IMG/VR virus record: IMGVR_UViG_3300037249_000287
Location: 21,025-85,024 of that record
Strand: one strand, 5' to 3'
Source: a virus
Lineage: Duplodnaviria > Caudoviricetes
Length of the DNA stretch: 64,000 bases
The stretch's first letter is position 1; each line of letters begins with the position of its first letter. This document shows, piece by piece, positions 28,075 through 38,694 of the stretch. The notes under the pieces were generated by a model. The model saw only the letters and a program-made list of their open reading frames with translations, was not told the origin of the DNA and ran no database searches. The translations under genes and the position numbers were made by a program.

Positions 28075-29220
28075 ATTTAAGCACCTAACTAAGCATTTTC
28101 TTGGGAATTTTTAACTTAAAAAAGAAAAAAACGCATTTTAAGCCGTTCTAAGCCGTTTTCTTTTGCCCTGCGGTAACTTATAAGGGAAACACCATAAAAA
28201 GCGTTCTACAGGGCTGAAAATGCCCTTAAAACGAATCCTATAACATCATACACTACCACACAAAACACAAAAACACCGATTTCTGGCAAATCTACACAAT
28301 ATTACACACAGCACAATGACAACATTTACAGCTGACGCATTTCACCTCTACAATCCCTTCGCGATTTTCTTCCTTGACGCAAATTTTATTTTTTTTCGTT
28401 TTTAATTTTCTTCTTTAAAAATTTTTTTTCTTTTCGATTTTTTGATTTTTAAAAACAACATTGTTTTGACCATATAGATTTTGCTGGTTCTAACCCCTCC
28501 CACCCCTATATCGTTTTTGTGTCTCCGCCAGTTACTTTGCACCCCTTTTTATTTCCTACCTTTGCATGCTGAAAAATAGAATTAGAAAACGTTCATTTAC
28601 TAAAAATAGCTATATTTGGGCAGTTATTTTCAGATGCTGAAAAACAGAAATAAGATAATATATTAATACGTAAACTAATTTAAATAAGTATATTTTTCTT
28701 TTGCCAAATATTAATTATAACTATCTTTGCAGTATATTATCATATTATCATATTAAAACAATAAACTAAACTAAACTAACAAATAACAATACAATAATAT
28801 TAAAATAACAATACTAAACTTATAACTTATAACTTAAAATAAACTTATAATAATAATTTTCTTATATAATATGTATATAATATATATATTGTAAATAATT
28901 AGTCAATTTAGAAAATATATACTTAATGATATAGTAAAAAATAATTATATAAAATAAGATATTTTGTGGAATATGTTTTCTTATTTATTTACACTAAATT
29001 AATATAACTTATTTATTTTCAGTAATTTATATATTTGTCGGTTGTAAATAATAAATTACAATATTTTCGTATTATTTTTATCAAAAAGTATTTTATTATT
29101 ACATTTCTTTATTGTCTTAACATATTTTTAATACGATTTTAACACTAAAAATACTGATTTTCAGATAGTTACGTATTAATTGTTAAAAACATATTATTTC
29201 TTGCAAATATCAAAATATCG
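28075..29220. other. ORF-free, strand-skewed and extremely AT-rich control region between the divergent arms
   Basis: No ORF of 60 aa or more; C/A-rich tract 28240-28350; T-rich tract 28380-28450; ACCCCTCCCACCCCT near 28492; near-pure A/T at about 28660-29160. Confidence 0.7.
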
Positions 29221-29223
29221 TCG

Positions 29224-29231
29224 TACCTTTG
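29224..29231 (+). promoter_or_regulatory. -7 promoter (TACCTTTG) starting the rightward arm
   Basis: TAnnTTTG-CAAC at the end of the AT-rich block. Confidence 0.65.
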
Positions 29232-29235
29232 CAAC

Positions 29236-30240
29236 ATCAAAACGGAGGACAGCCGTTTAAAAAATGTTCAACGAGGACGAGGGAAAATCAAGGTATTCAT
29301 TTACTGCGAATAATCACCTTCCGACTACATTATAGCAATCATTATAGCTATTTTGTTGTATGTTCTTTAAAACACTGATAACAAGCTATTTTGCCCAAGG
29401 GTGAAAAGGTAGTGAGGAGACCGTATTTTAGAAATGATATGTATATCAAAAGTTATTAACGGAAAATCTATTTTTTAGGGAGTATAAACGAAATAACCTG
29501 CGGCCACAAAATAGGACTGTTATCAATTTACCATACAGGAGAAAAGGTGCAGCAGTTAGTACTATTCGAAGTGTACCGAAAAGACTGTTAACTGAATAAT
29601 GCTAAAAGATATATGTGTAACAAATCTTTGCAACCGAAAACGGATAAAAGAGGGAAAAATAGAAATATCAACTTTAAACTTTTCCGCTAATTCGGCAGGA
29701 GCGCAGACCAAGGGAGAAAGATAGTAACTACATTTGCAAGTGACTGAAAAGGTAGCCTCGAGCAGGTTACATATTATAGAATAATAGTATATGATACTTT
29801 TTAGGTAGCGAGGACACGGACAAGGTATAATGATATATTACCTAAACATGTAGACGGGAGGCCGAAGACTTCCTGCATGTAATAATCTAATTTTAGATTA
29901 TTTGGTGATAAAAATTTAAATAAGGAATAAAGCAGTACTTTATTTTCGTTTATTCAATACCTTTTGCACTTGGTTGCAAAGATAGGTATTTTATTGAAAA
30001 TGTTTTAGCCGAGGTGCAGGAAGGCTGAAACATAATAAAAAGGTAGGACTTGGCGCTGACAACAATAAAAACGAAATATAGATTTTTGATATTACGACAC
30101 TTATTTTTGTGTTAACAGATACTGAAAAGGTGCAGAAAAGTACACTAATTATTTAGCGTGCAGCCTTGGTGATTTTCGCGACTTTTGCCCAAGGTACAAT
30201 TTATTTATAATTCATTTTAGTATTAATTAAAAAACAAAAA
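29236..30240 (+). ncRNA. Candidate ~1-kb non-coding RNA or very long leader
   Basis: Promoter, then 1 kb with no sizeable ORF, many hairpins and repeated GAAAAGGT motifs. Confidence 0.4.
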
Positions 30241-30256
30241 TTAGGAGGTCACAATT

Positions 30257-30823
30257 ATGACAAAGAAAAATTCTAACATCAGTAAAATTAACGCTCTTCG
30301 CAGCAAGTGTCAGCCCGTACATGCCGCAGCAGGTACATTTAATCAGGCAATAAAGTCCCTGCAGGGTCTTGAGTCGAAGCATGCCGAGGTCTTGGAGGCA
30401 CTTGGTATCGAGTCCTTCGGTTTTAAAAACGTTTGCGCAGGCTGGGCAGACGCTCTCCGTATCAATGTTGACGGCAAGGACGTCATGGGTCTCTATATGT
30501 CCGAGACTGCAAAGGTTATTGTTTACGAAGGCGAAGAGCCCAAGGAGGTAAACATGTACGAGAAGGTCGAGACAAAGAAGGGCGTGAAGTACGTCTCCGT
30601 CAAGGTACGCACTCTCACGACTCCGAAGTTGTGGGATGATGGCATTATTCTGGAAGGTCTCTGTCAGTCGGCCGAGCTTGCCGAGGCGCAGAAGGAGGCC
30701 GCAGACGCTGAGGCACACAAGGCCGACCTGCTCGCCAAGGGTGAGGTGTATATTAAGAAGACCGCCAAGGGCACAGACGGCAGCATTACGACAACTTTCG
30801 AGCAGGTAGAGGTCGAGGCATAA
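30257..30823 (+). CDS. Early hypothetical protein, probably highly expressed
   Basis: 188 aa; AGGAGG 8 nt upstream; G/C-ending codon bias. Confidence 0.7.
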   Translation: MTKKNSNISKINALRSKCQPVHAAAGTFNQAIKSLQGLESKHAEVLEALGIESFGFKNVCAGWADALRINVDGKDVMGLYMSETAKVIVYEGEEPKEVNMYEKVETKKGVKYVSVKVRTLTTPKLWDDGIILEGLCQSAELAEAQKEAADAEAHKADLLAKGEVYIKKTAKGTDGSITTTFEQVEVEA

Positions 30824-30950
30824 TTATAACCATGTGACAAAACTGCACAGTCGTATGTTGGTAGGTACATTATTGTGCGGGGCAGCGTTATGCTGCCTCG
30901 CTTGTATAAACAAGTTGGAAAATAGTATTAATCAATAAACAGTCAAGAAA

Positions 30951-31163
30951 ATGAAAACGAGATTTACAGTCAAGGCCGTAAAGTGTGCAAGCGCAAACGG
31001 TCGCAGTTATGTACGTTTTTGCAAGCCGCAGGCTGCAAAGTTATGGTGTGTGTTCATGGGGTCGGTCTGCCTTGCCTACGGGTTGTCGCAGGGTTTAGCG
31101 CAGGAGTGTGTCAACGAATTAAGTCAGCATGGGCAGCATGTTGAGATGCGTGAGATGAAGTAA
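30951..31163 (+). CDS. Hypothetical protein
   Basis: 70 aa. Confidence 0.45.
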   Translation: MKTRFTVKAVKCASANGRSYVRFCKPQAAKLWCVFMGSVCLAYGLSQGLAQECVNELSQHGQHVEMREMK

Positions 31164-31264
31164 TTAAGCGGGGCGAGGTGGGCGTGTTCACTATCTGCAC
31201 GCCCGCCAGCCGCAAACATACGCAAACATTAGTATTAATTTAAAAAACATTAGGAGGCTTTATT

Positions 31265-32878
31265 ATGATTAAAGTACAAAATTTAAGCACGGGTGAGGTA
31301 ATTAACGTTTTGAACGTTGTAGTCGAGAACAATCAGATTATCAGCGAGGCACGCCGTCCGCACAAGGGCTTGCGCTTCTACAATTCATATCCAATGATGC
31401 TGCCAGCAGGTGAGTCCGAGGATGGTCGTGACCTGCATACGCTGGCCGAGGGCTGGGTCTTGGCATCAAAGGGTGCAAAGGGTGCGGGCGAGAAGAAGGA
31501 GCGCAAGCCCCGTCAACCCAAGCAGGAGGCACAGGAACAGCCCAAGAACAAGACCAATTTGGAGAAGTTTGCAGAGCTTAAAGTCAAGTACCCTGATACT
31601 ATTCTGCTGTTCCGTCGCGGTGACTTCTATGAGGCATACGGTGACGATGCCGTGACCGTTTCTGAGGTGTGCGGTATCACGCTGACAATACCCAACGACA
31701 ACGGCAATGGGCTGGCGGGATTCCCGTATCATGCACTCGACACCTATTTGCCAAAGCTGATACGTGCGGGGCATCGTGTGGCTATCTGTGACGGCAATGG
31801 CGAGCCGCAGGTACGTGAGGAGGAAGCTGTCAAGACCAACGATGAGCAGGAGGTCAAGGATGATGTCAAGCAGGAGGAGTCTGTACCTATGCAGGAGGAG
31901 CAGCCGCAGGATGTCAACGATGATGATGTCAACGCGATTGCAGCCATGTTGCTGAAGTTGAAGAAGGGCAGCGCACCTGTCAACAAGGACATGGTTGTTA
32001 AGATTGTTAAGGACATACTTGCAGAAGAGTTGCCAAAGGTGCAGCCGCAGGATGTGCAGCACACAATCAAGGTGGCCGACCTGCCCGCATACAAGTGCCC
32101 GAAGGGTACTAATCCGAAGTTGCTTGAGTTGCTGTTGACAATGGTTGTCAACGACCGCGTTATAGGTCGCTTCCCTTGGTTGTTTGGCCCCGCAGGTTCT
32201 GGTAAGTCAACGCTTGCAAGCAAGGTAGCCGAAGCACTGAATATTCCGTTCTATTCAGTGTCAAGTTTGCAGCAGAAATACGAGCTCGAAGGCTATACGG
32301 ATGCTGTTGGCGAGTTTGTGCAGACCGCATTCTACAAGGCTATGGCCGAGGGCGGTGTATTCTGTTTCGATGAAATCAGCACCACATCGGGCGAGGTGCA
32401 GGTTGCTTTCAATACGGCGGCTGCGCAGCTGGTGTATAACTTCCCGAAGATGGGCATGGTCAAGGCACATGAGAACTTCCATATAATTGCCTGTGACAAT
32501 TCAACGGGTCGTGGCGGTGACAAGCGTTATATCAGCCGTTTTCAATTAGACGCTTCAACGCTTGACAGATATAACTTTGTAGAGGTCGACTATTCTGATG
32601 AGCACGACCTGAATATGGCCGCAGGTGACAAGGATTTGGTACGCTTTATGAAGGATATGCGCAAGGTGCTTGATGCAAGTAACACCACATATCTTGCTAC
32701 ACCTCGTGCAAGTAAGGCTATCAAGGCTTTGCAGGCTACTGGCATGAGCGACAAGGATGCTCTGTGGTACGGTCTTTGCAGCGGTTGGAACAAGCAGGAC
32801 ATCCGCACATTTGCAAGCAAGTTGAGTGGGTCTACAAATTGGCACAAGGCATTTGACGAGATTGTGTGCGGTCTTTAA
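31265..32878 (+). CDS. Fusion of a MutS domain I (mismatch-recognition) module and a MoxR-like AAA+ ATPase
   Basis: 31559-31794: [22 protein letters not shown]...[27 protein letters not shown]. ATPase motifs [14 protein letters not shown] and [12 protein letters not shown]. Confidence 0.85.
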   Translation: MIKVQNLSTGEVINVLNVVVENNQIISEARRPHKGLRFYNSYPMMLPAGESEDGRDLHTLAEGWVLASKGAKGAGEKKERKPRQPKQEAQEQPKNKTNLEKFAELKVKYPDTILLFRRGDFYEAYGDDAVTVSEVCGITLTIPNDNGNGLAGFPYHALDTYLPKLIRAGHRVAICDGNGEPQVREEEAVKTNDEQEVKDDVKQEESVPMQEEQPQDVNDDDVNAIAAMLLKLKKGSAPVNKDMVVKIVKDILAEELPKVQPQDVQHTIKVADLPAYKCPKGTNPKLLELLLTMVVNDRVIGRFPWLFGPAGSGKSTLASKVAEALNIPFYSVSSLQQKYELEGYTDAVGEFVQTAFYKAMAEGGVFCFDEISTTSGEVQVAFNTAAAQLVYNFPKMGMVKAHENFHIIACDNSTGRGGDKRYISRFQLDASTLDRYNFVEVDYSDEHDLNMAAGDKDLVRFMKDMRKVLDASNTTYLATPRASKAIKALQATGMSDKDALWYGLCSGWNKQDIRTFASKLSGSTNWHKAFDEIVCGL

Positions 32879-32916
32879 TTGAATTACAAACTTCTTAAAT
32901 CATAGGAGATTCGGAT

Positions 32917-33720
32917 ATGAAGAATTTCATGAGGTACGAAAGCGTTGCGGAGTTGTCTAATGCACTCCGCAATGCAGAGCCGTTAAAGGTGTGGAAAGAT
33001 TCTTGGGAGCGTGCTCGCAAGGATATGTCAGATAAAGAATGCAAGGATTTTGCGGGTTGTACGTTTAATGAGGCTTTTGAGTTGCTTGATAAGGGTGACG
33101 CTGAACGTGCTGCAATGATTAAGGCAGAAGGCGAAATCTTGAACGAATCACAGGGCGGCACGATGCCAAAGATAGAGGTTGGTGTATATGGTTGCATTCC
33201 ATCAGTACCTAATTATCTGCGTGGCGTACCTACAAACATGATGCGTGTTATTCGTGAGCCAAGGCGCAATCCTATCATTGACGTGTACGTTGATACTGGC
33301 ATTTCTGCTTTCACCAAGTTAAAGGATGCTGCTATTGCTACGGCAAAGATAGCAAACGTTATCACGGCGGTTGAAATGAGTGGCGTGCGTGTTAATCTGT
33401 ATGCTGTATATGGAACGAAAGAAGGAAGTGATGCTGCTGGTTTTGCAGTAAAGATTAAGGAGGCTAATTCACCACTGAACCTGCTTAACATAGCATTCCC
33501 AATGACAAACAGTGCATTCTGTAGGGTTGTGTCACTCCATTGGCAGGAGTGCAACTCTGATAAGGTATGGGGTGGTCATGGTAGCCTGATGTCAGTAAAG
33601 AAGATTGCAGACGCTTTCGATTTGGAAGGGCTGACATTATCCGTACAGGACACGATTGATAGTCGTGCAAGCATTGAGAGTATTGTGAAGAAGTTCAATG
33701 AATATTTAAAGAACAAGTAA
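32917..33720 (+). CDS. VWA-like partner of the MoxR ATPase
   Basis: GCIPSVPNYLRGVPTNMM then IDVYVDTGIS (degenerate MIDAS); directly downstream of the AAA gene. Confidence 0.65.
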   Translation: MKNFMRYESVAELSNALRNAEPLKVWKDSWERARKDMSDKECKDFAGCTFNEAFELLDKGDAERAAMIKAEGEILNESQGGTMPKIEVGVYGCIPSVPNYLRGVPTNMMRVIREPRRNPIIDVYVDTGISAFTKLKDAAIATAKIANVITAVEMSGVRVNLYAVYGTKEGSDAAGFAVKIKEANSPLNLLNIAFPMTNSAFCRVVSLHWQECNSDKVWGGHGSLMSVKKIADAFDLEGLTLSVQDTIDSRASIESIVKKFNEYLKNK

Positions 33721-33721
33721 T

Positions 33722-34045
33722 ATGGAGATACAGGATTATGTAGGAAAGTTTGCAAAGGTTGCAGGACACTACGGGATGATTGACAATGTGTATGGTAGCC
33801 GTTTGGGATTTATCTGGTCGGATAAAGATAGCTGGACTGGCGAGTTGGTTGACGTTACAAACGTTGAGGTTTTAACCAAGCAGGATGATGTTGCAAAAGC
33901 GTGGCTGAGTTCAAAAAACTATCTACTGCGTGAGCGTGCAGCATTAAAGGCACGTATTGCACGCAAGTTGGCGATAGACAACCAACAGATGTTAGGTGAA
34001 TTGCTCGACTTTGTTGTTAGTTGGATTAACCGCTTGGGTGAATAG
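33722..34045 (+). CDS. Hypothetical protein
   Basis: 107 aa, operon-packed. Confidence 0.55.
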   Translation: MEIQDYVGKFAKVAGHYGMIDNVYGSRLGFIWSDKDSWTGELVDVTNVEVLTKQDDVAKAWLSSKNYLLRERAALKARIARKLAIDNQQMLGELLDFVVSWINRLGE

Positions 34046-34262
34046 GGCGTGCGTTCACTATCAGCGCGCCGATTGGGTGTTGACGCATATCACAACAAAC
34101 GTTGTGTCGACTGCGGCATGTGTGGAGCGAGACCACCGCACCCGCAAAGATTTTGTGTTTTTTGATTAATACTTGTGTCCGTTGGTGGTTGTGACAACTA
34201 CCGACGGACGTTTTTCAAAAGACACGAACAAACCGAATTTAGTAATTAAAAAATAAATTGAT

Positions 34263-37200
34263 ATGAAAGATAAATACGATTTCAATTTCTACTTTGAAAC
34301 AAAAGTAAAAACAACAAATGACATAAACGAGGCTTTAAAAATATTCCGTTGTGGCGGTTTTTATAAGGCTATATGTTATTTTCCACACCAGTCTTTTGGT
34401 TGTTTTCGTGTGTTAGAAAAAGAAAGCGACTTTGAGTTTTAGTATTAATTAAAAACATAGGAGATTAAATTATGAACAAGAGAATTGTAAATTGTAGGTT
34501 TGTTTGCTGTGGTCTTCATTTTGATGCAGCAATTGATTGCGACTGGGAAATGCACTACTATGACCAAACGGAAGAAGAGAAGCGCGACACAACTCCGATA
34601 GAGTTGTATTGCTTTGATAGACCCGATTGGGATATTCGTATGATGTTTCACAAAGAGAGAAATGACCAGCAGTCCGCAAATTACGGGCTGACGTATTGCT
34701 CTTGCGTGGATATTGACGCTATCAAAAAAGAAGCCCGTAAATGGGTGCGTGAAATGCAAAGATAAAAAAGATATGAAGTACAGAGTATTGAGAATGTTGG
34801 CGGCTTTCAGAAAGTACGCCAACACTGAACATGGCGAGAGAGTAATTGTTAGAACACTGACAGCAATGTCTGTTGTTTTGTTGGTTGACGTTTTTCTTAT
34901 TATTGTAGGGTAATATGAAAAAGACATTTAAACAGTGTGCCGACCAGTTGGAGCGTATCTATCGACTTTATCTGCATGGCTTCGGTACAAAGAATCTGCT
35001 TGCAAAGGCAGAACGCTTCATGTGTGAAACAACAAACGTTGGGCTGTGCTTTTAGTCCGACCAGTATTAATCTATAAAACAAAACAACTATGGCAAAGTT
35101 TAATTTTTCAATTACGGCACATGTCGGTAACGATATGATGCTTGTTTATTCACGCGACTTCTTTGTCAACATGACAGATTTCGCTGGCGGTAGTCCAGTG
35201 TTCGGTATGTGTATGGGAACAATGCCTTACAGAGATTGGGTTATTGATGATGGAGATGACGCAAAAGGCACTACTTATTGTCAGTATGTGTCTTACGATG
35301 GCGACAATCACGACAACTATCTGTTGGCTGTGTGGTGTGAGGTTGATGAAAACGGATGTATGAAACTTTAAAACATTACAACTATGACAAAGAAAGAATT
35401 TAATGCGAGAGTACAAGAAATGTGTGAGTTTGTAAAGGCGCACAAGTATGATGCTATTGGTGGCGAGTTAATTCAGCGCAATATCAGAGACCCATTCACA
35501 TACGGGGCATGGTGTGAGCGTAATTTCGAAATGAATTTGCGTGAGGACTATGAGCGCAAGACTACATACACCAGCGATTTCTCAATTGCCGAGTGGTGTG
35601 TACCTGTTGAGGGTATGTCTGCGATTGCCAGCACACTGCGCAATGCTTTGACGAATTGGCGCGATAACGTTGAATGGTTTGCCGAGATTCTTCTCGTTAT
35701 TAACCTCAAGTCTTGGGAGCATGCTGCTCGCGGCAACAACGAGTACGGCAAGATGTACAGCGAACTCTTCTATATGGTGCAGGCTTTGTACTTTGACTGG
35801 TTTGACGAAAGCAATAAGAAACATGGCGAGGCAATGGAGTACTATTATCAATACGTTGACTGATTATGGAAGATAAAAAACTTACTGCGGGCGAGATTCG
35901 GGTAATTCTTAACCGCTTATTCTGTGTTATGATGTGCGAAAGTCAGATGGTTGCAGGGTTGAATGATGCAAAACTTATGACATTCTCTGATTTGGCTGGT
36001 GATGGTGCAAAACTTGAAAAGAGTTACAAGAGGTGTGTAGATAACTTTGGTAATCTTAGAGGCTGGCATATCAAACATGACAAAGACAGCATTCGGCTTA
36101 GGAGTGAATTTATTAACAGACTTGCAAAACTTGTGTAATATGAAAGCAGAGGTTGGTATGAAGTTCTTTGACGCTTATAGCGGTGTGCATGAGGTCATAA
36201 GAATAGACGGTAAGCATTATGGTTTCTTTCACGTTTACAATGACGGTGAGAAACAAGTTGAGGGTTTTATGTTGGATTGCGCTTTCGAGCGTCTGACAAA
36301 AATTGGTGCTATATGGGTTCTGCAATAATTAACTATCTGGTTTGTACGGTGGCTCTGTTTGTAGCCATCGTACTTACTTGCAGCGGCGGTTGGTTGTCGC
36401 TTGTTGGTTTGTGTTATGACTGCTTACTTTTTGTAAGCGGTGAGTTATTCCCAAACGTATGGAAGTCTTTTTGGATTTCAAACATCAGAATACTTTCGTA
36501 CTTTGGAAGCCTTTAATGTGCGCACGCACGATATAAATAATTAATAATATATAATTAAATAAAATACTACGATTATGAAAAAGGAAATTGAAATTAAGGT
36601 AAGGAACGAATCACCGAGTTATTCGTCAGAAACTGTCGTTCTTGTCGGCGGTGAGAAATATAAGATTGTTGCAGAGAACGGCAACGCTTATTCCCGCTTG
36701 AACATATACAGATACACATGTAATGGTGACTTAGGTCAGATTGCTTGTTGTTATGACATCCCTAAATACAATCCCGTCAGTTATGTGTGGAGTGACGCTT
36801 CGAGATTTGCTGGCAACCGAAAGAACATGGAGGCGGCAGAAGAATATATCAAGAAAGTGTTTTGATTATGCCAAAGTTTGTGTATGTATTAGAACGGCAG
36901 AAGTTTGTTTGGGATGACGTCAAGAAAGACTTTATTGCCAACCAAACAACATCGGCTTGGGATGTGGCGGTGTTTGAAGACTACACTACCGCACGTTCCA
37001 ACTGTCGACAGGATTTTGAGTACATGTTTAACAATGAGCCTGAATGTATAAAGTTTGAAAAAGTCAGAAAGGTTGAAGAACTGAAACAAGAGGCGGTTGT
37101 TGGGCGTATTACTTATACGTACAAATGTTGTGGTGAGATTTACAAAGTTATATATAGAATAACTAAAAAGATTTTGTTATGAAATTTGATTATATAGCGT

Positions 37201-37622
37201 TCGATAAATGGGAGAATGAAAATCACATCCCCGAACAAGTGAAACGCATTGTTAATGCCGTTCTTAAATCAGAAGGTTATGAAGAGCCGTTTGGTGAGAT
37301 TAATACAGATTGTGGAGACACTACAAATGAAGAAACAATATCTATTTACAATCGTGGTGGTCATGTTGTAGGTTACGGCAAAGGTTTCAGTATGTCGTAT
37401 TGCACGTCATCTTTGGAATGCGGTTCTGATGTTGATTGTAAGTATCTCATTAACTTCATCAAAGGTCTTGGCTTTGTTATTGAAAACAGTCATGGCGACA
37501 ACGGCATGGACAGTTCTACTAACTGGCACGACACTTTCTGGTCTTATGACTTTATGTATAAACCATCGGAGGTGTACGAGGAAGAGTTTATTATTTGGGA
37601 AGACAAAGATTATAACGATTGA
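34263..37622 (+). other. Cluster of small early hypothetical genes (34263-34442, 34472-34765, 35090-35371, 35384-35863, 35866-36138, 36140-36328, 36575-36865, 36862-37182, 37179-37622)
   Basis: Tightly packed plus-strand ORFs with A-rich 5' regions and ATTATG-type starts; no recognisable catalytic motifs. Confidence 0.6.
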
Positions 37623-37624
37623 TT

Positions 37625-38431
37625 ATGAAACAGTATGCAACATACCTTCGTGTTTCAACGAAGAAACAGGGACGCAGCGGTTTAGGTTTGGACGCACAGC
37701 GTAAGATGTGTGCGGACTTCATTACTGCCAATAGTGGCGAAAGCGTGTGTGAGTTTGTTGACGTTGAAAGCGGTACGCATCGTGAAAGAAAAGGTTTGCT
37801 TGATGCTATCGCATATTGCAAGCGTAACAATTGTGCGCTTGTTATTGCGAAACTTGACAGGCTTGCGCGTGACGTGGAGTTCTGTTTTAAAGTTGTCAAC
37901 ACTGGCATCGAGATTCATTTCACGGATATGTTACAGATGAACACGCTGCTGCTTGGTGTGTTTGCTGCCGTTGCACAATATGAAAGGGAACTTACGAGTG
38001 ACAGAACAAAGAAAGCACTTGCCGTAAAGAAGAAGCAAGGTTGTTTGCTTGGCGGTGCTAATCCTATCTACAAACAGAACAGAGAAAAGAAAAGTAAGGA
38101 ACAATTAAAAGAGGAACACATGAGAAAAGGAGAAACAAAAAGGAGTCGTTATCACGATTCAATTGACACAAAGACATTCTTGCGTGTCTTGAAGATGGTT
38201 CAGCCAGAGCATTGTGTTGGTGACAATCCGAAAGACTGGGAATGGCTTGGTATTGACACAAAGTGTGGGCGCAGGGAACAGATGCTTACTCTTATGAAGA
38301 ACTTTCAGGAGAACGATGAGGAGGGTCGTATCTTTAGAAAGTGGGATTTTTCTGACACAGAAAGCAAGAAAACAAAAGACAGGCTTTGCGCTTACATACA
38401 ACGTATTCGTATTTCGTTCACGACAGTATAA
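37625..38431 (+). CDS. Serine recombinase (resolvase/invertase-type catalytic domain)
   Basis: YATYLRVSTKKQ (catalytic Ser); ESGTHRER; LVIAKLDRLAR; AVAQYERELTSDRTK. Confidence 0.9.
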   Translation: MKQYATYLRVSTKKQGRSGLGLDAQRKMCADFITANSGESVCEFVDVESGTHRERKGLLDAIAYCKRNNCALVIAKLDRLARDVEFCFKVVNTGIEIHFTDMLQMNTLLLGVFAAVAQYERELTSDRTKKALAVKKKQGCLLGGANPIYKQNREKKSKEQLKEEHMRKGETKRSRYHDSIDTKTFLRVLKMVQPEHCVGDNPKDWEWLGIDTKCGRREQMLTLMKNFQENDEEGRIFRKWDFSDTESKKTKDRLCAYIQRIRISFTTV

Positions 38432-38455
38432 TTTAAATTATAGGAGACAAAGAAA

Positions 38456-38539
38456 ATGATTGCATTGCTTATTATTTTAACGTGTATCATTAGACCTGAC
38501 ATACTGATAAACATGGGTGGCAGGTCGTTTAAAAAGTAA
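38456..38539 (+). CDS. 27-aa hydrophobic peptide
   Basis: MIALLIILTCIIRPDILINMGGRSFKK with AGGAG 9 nt upstream. Confidence 0.4.
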   Translation: MIALLIILTCIIRPDILINMGGRSFKK

Positions 38540-38583
38540 CCAAAAAATTTGGTTTTTACAAAAAGTTTTTGTATCTTTGCATC

Positions 38584-38694
38584 GTAAATATGACGCTTAA
38601 CTCCTACTAAGCATCAACAAACTTAACAATGGTAACGAGTAAATCTGCGGAGGTAGGAGACCGCATTTTGAAAGTTACCTTTTGTTTTATACTT
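38584..38694 (+). ncRNA. Kissing-loop leader (class B) of the HNH gene at 38695
   Basis: Promoter TATCTTTG 38572-38579. GCTTA/TAAGC loop CTCCTAC (38601-07) kisses GTAGGAG (38653-59) in TGCGG/CCGCA; GAGTA/GAAA internal loop; GGTAAC/GTTACC outer stem. Confidence 0.75.

Noticed and set aside
31559-31794. A mutS mismatch-repair gene
   Set aside because: Only domain I is present. The ATPase is MoxR/AAA+, not ABC-type, and there is no mutL.
34175-34216. GTCCGTTGGTGGTTG/CAACTACCGACGGAC hairpin as a member of the GUGA/AGUA family
   Set aside because: It is a continuous 15-bp stem with a T-tail and no AGUA bulge, so an ordinary intrinsic terminator.
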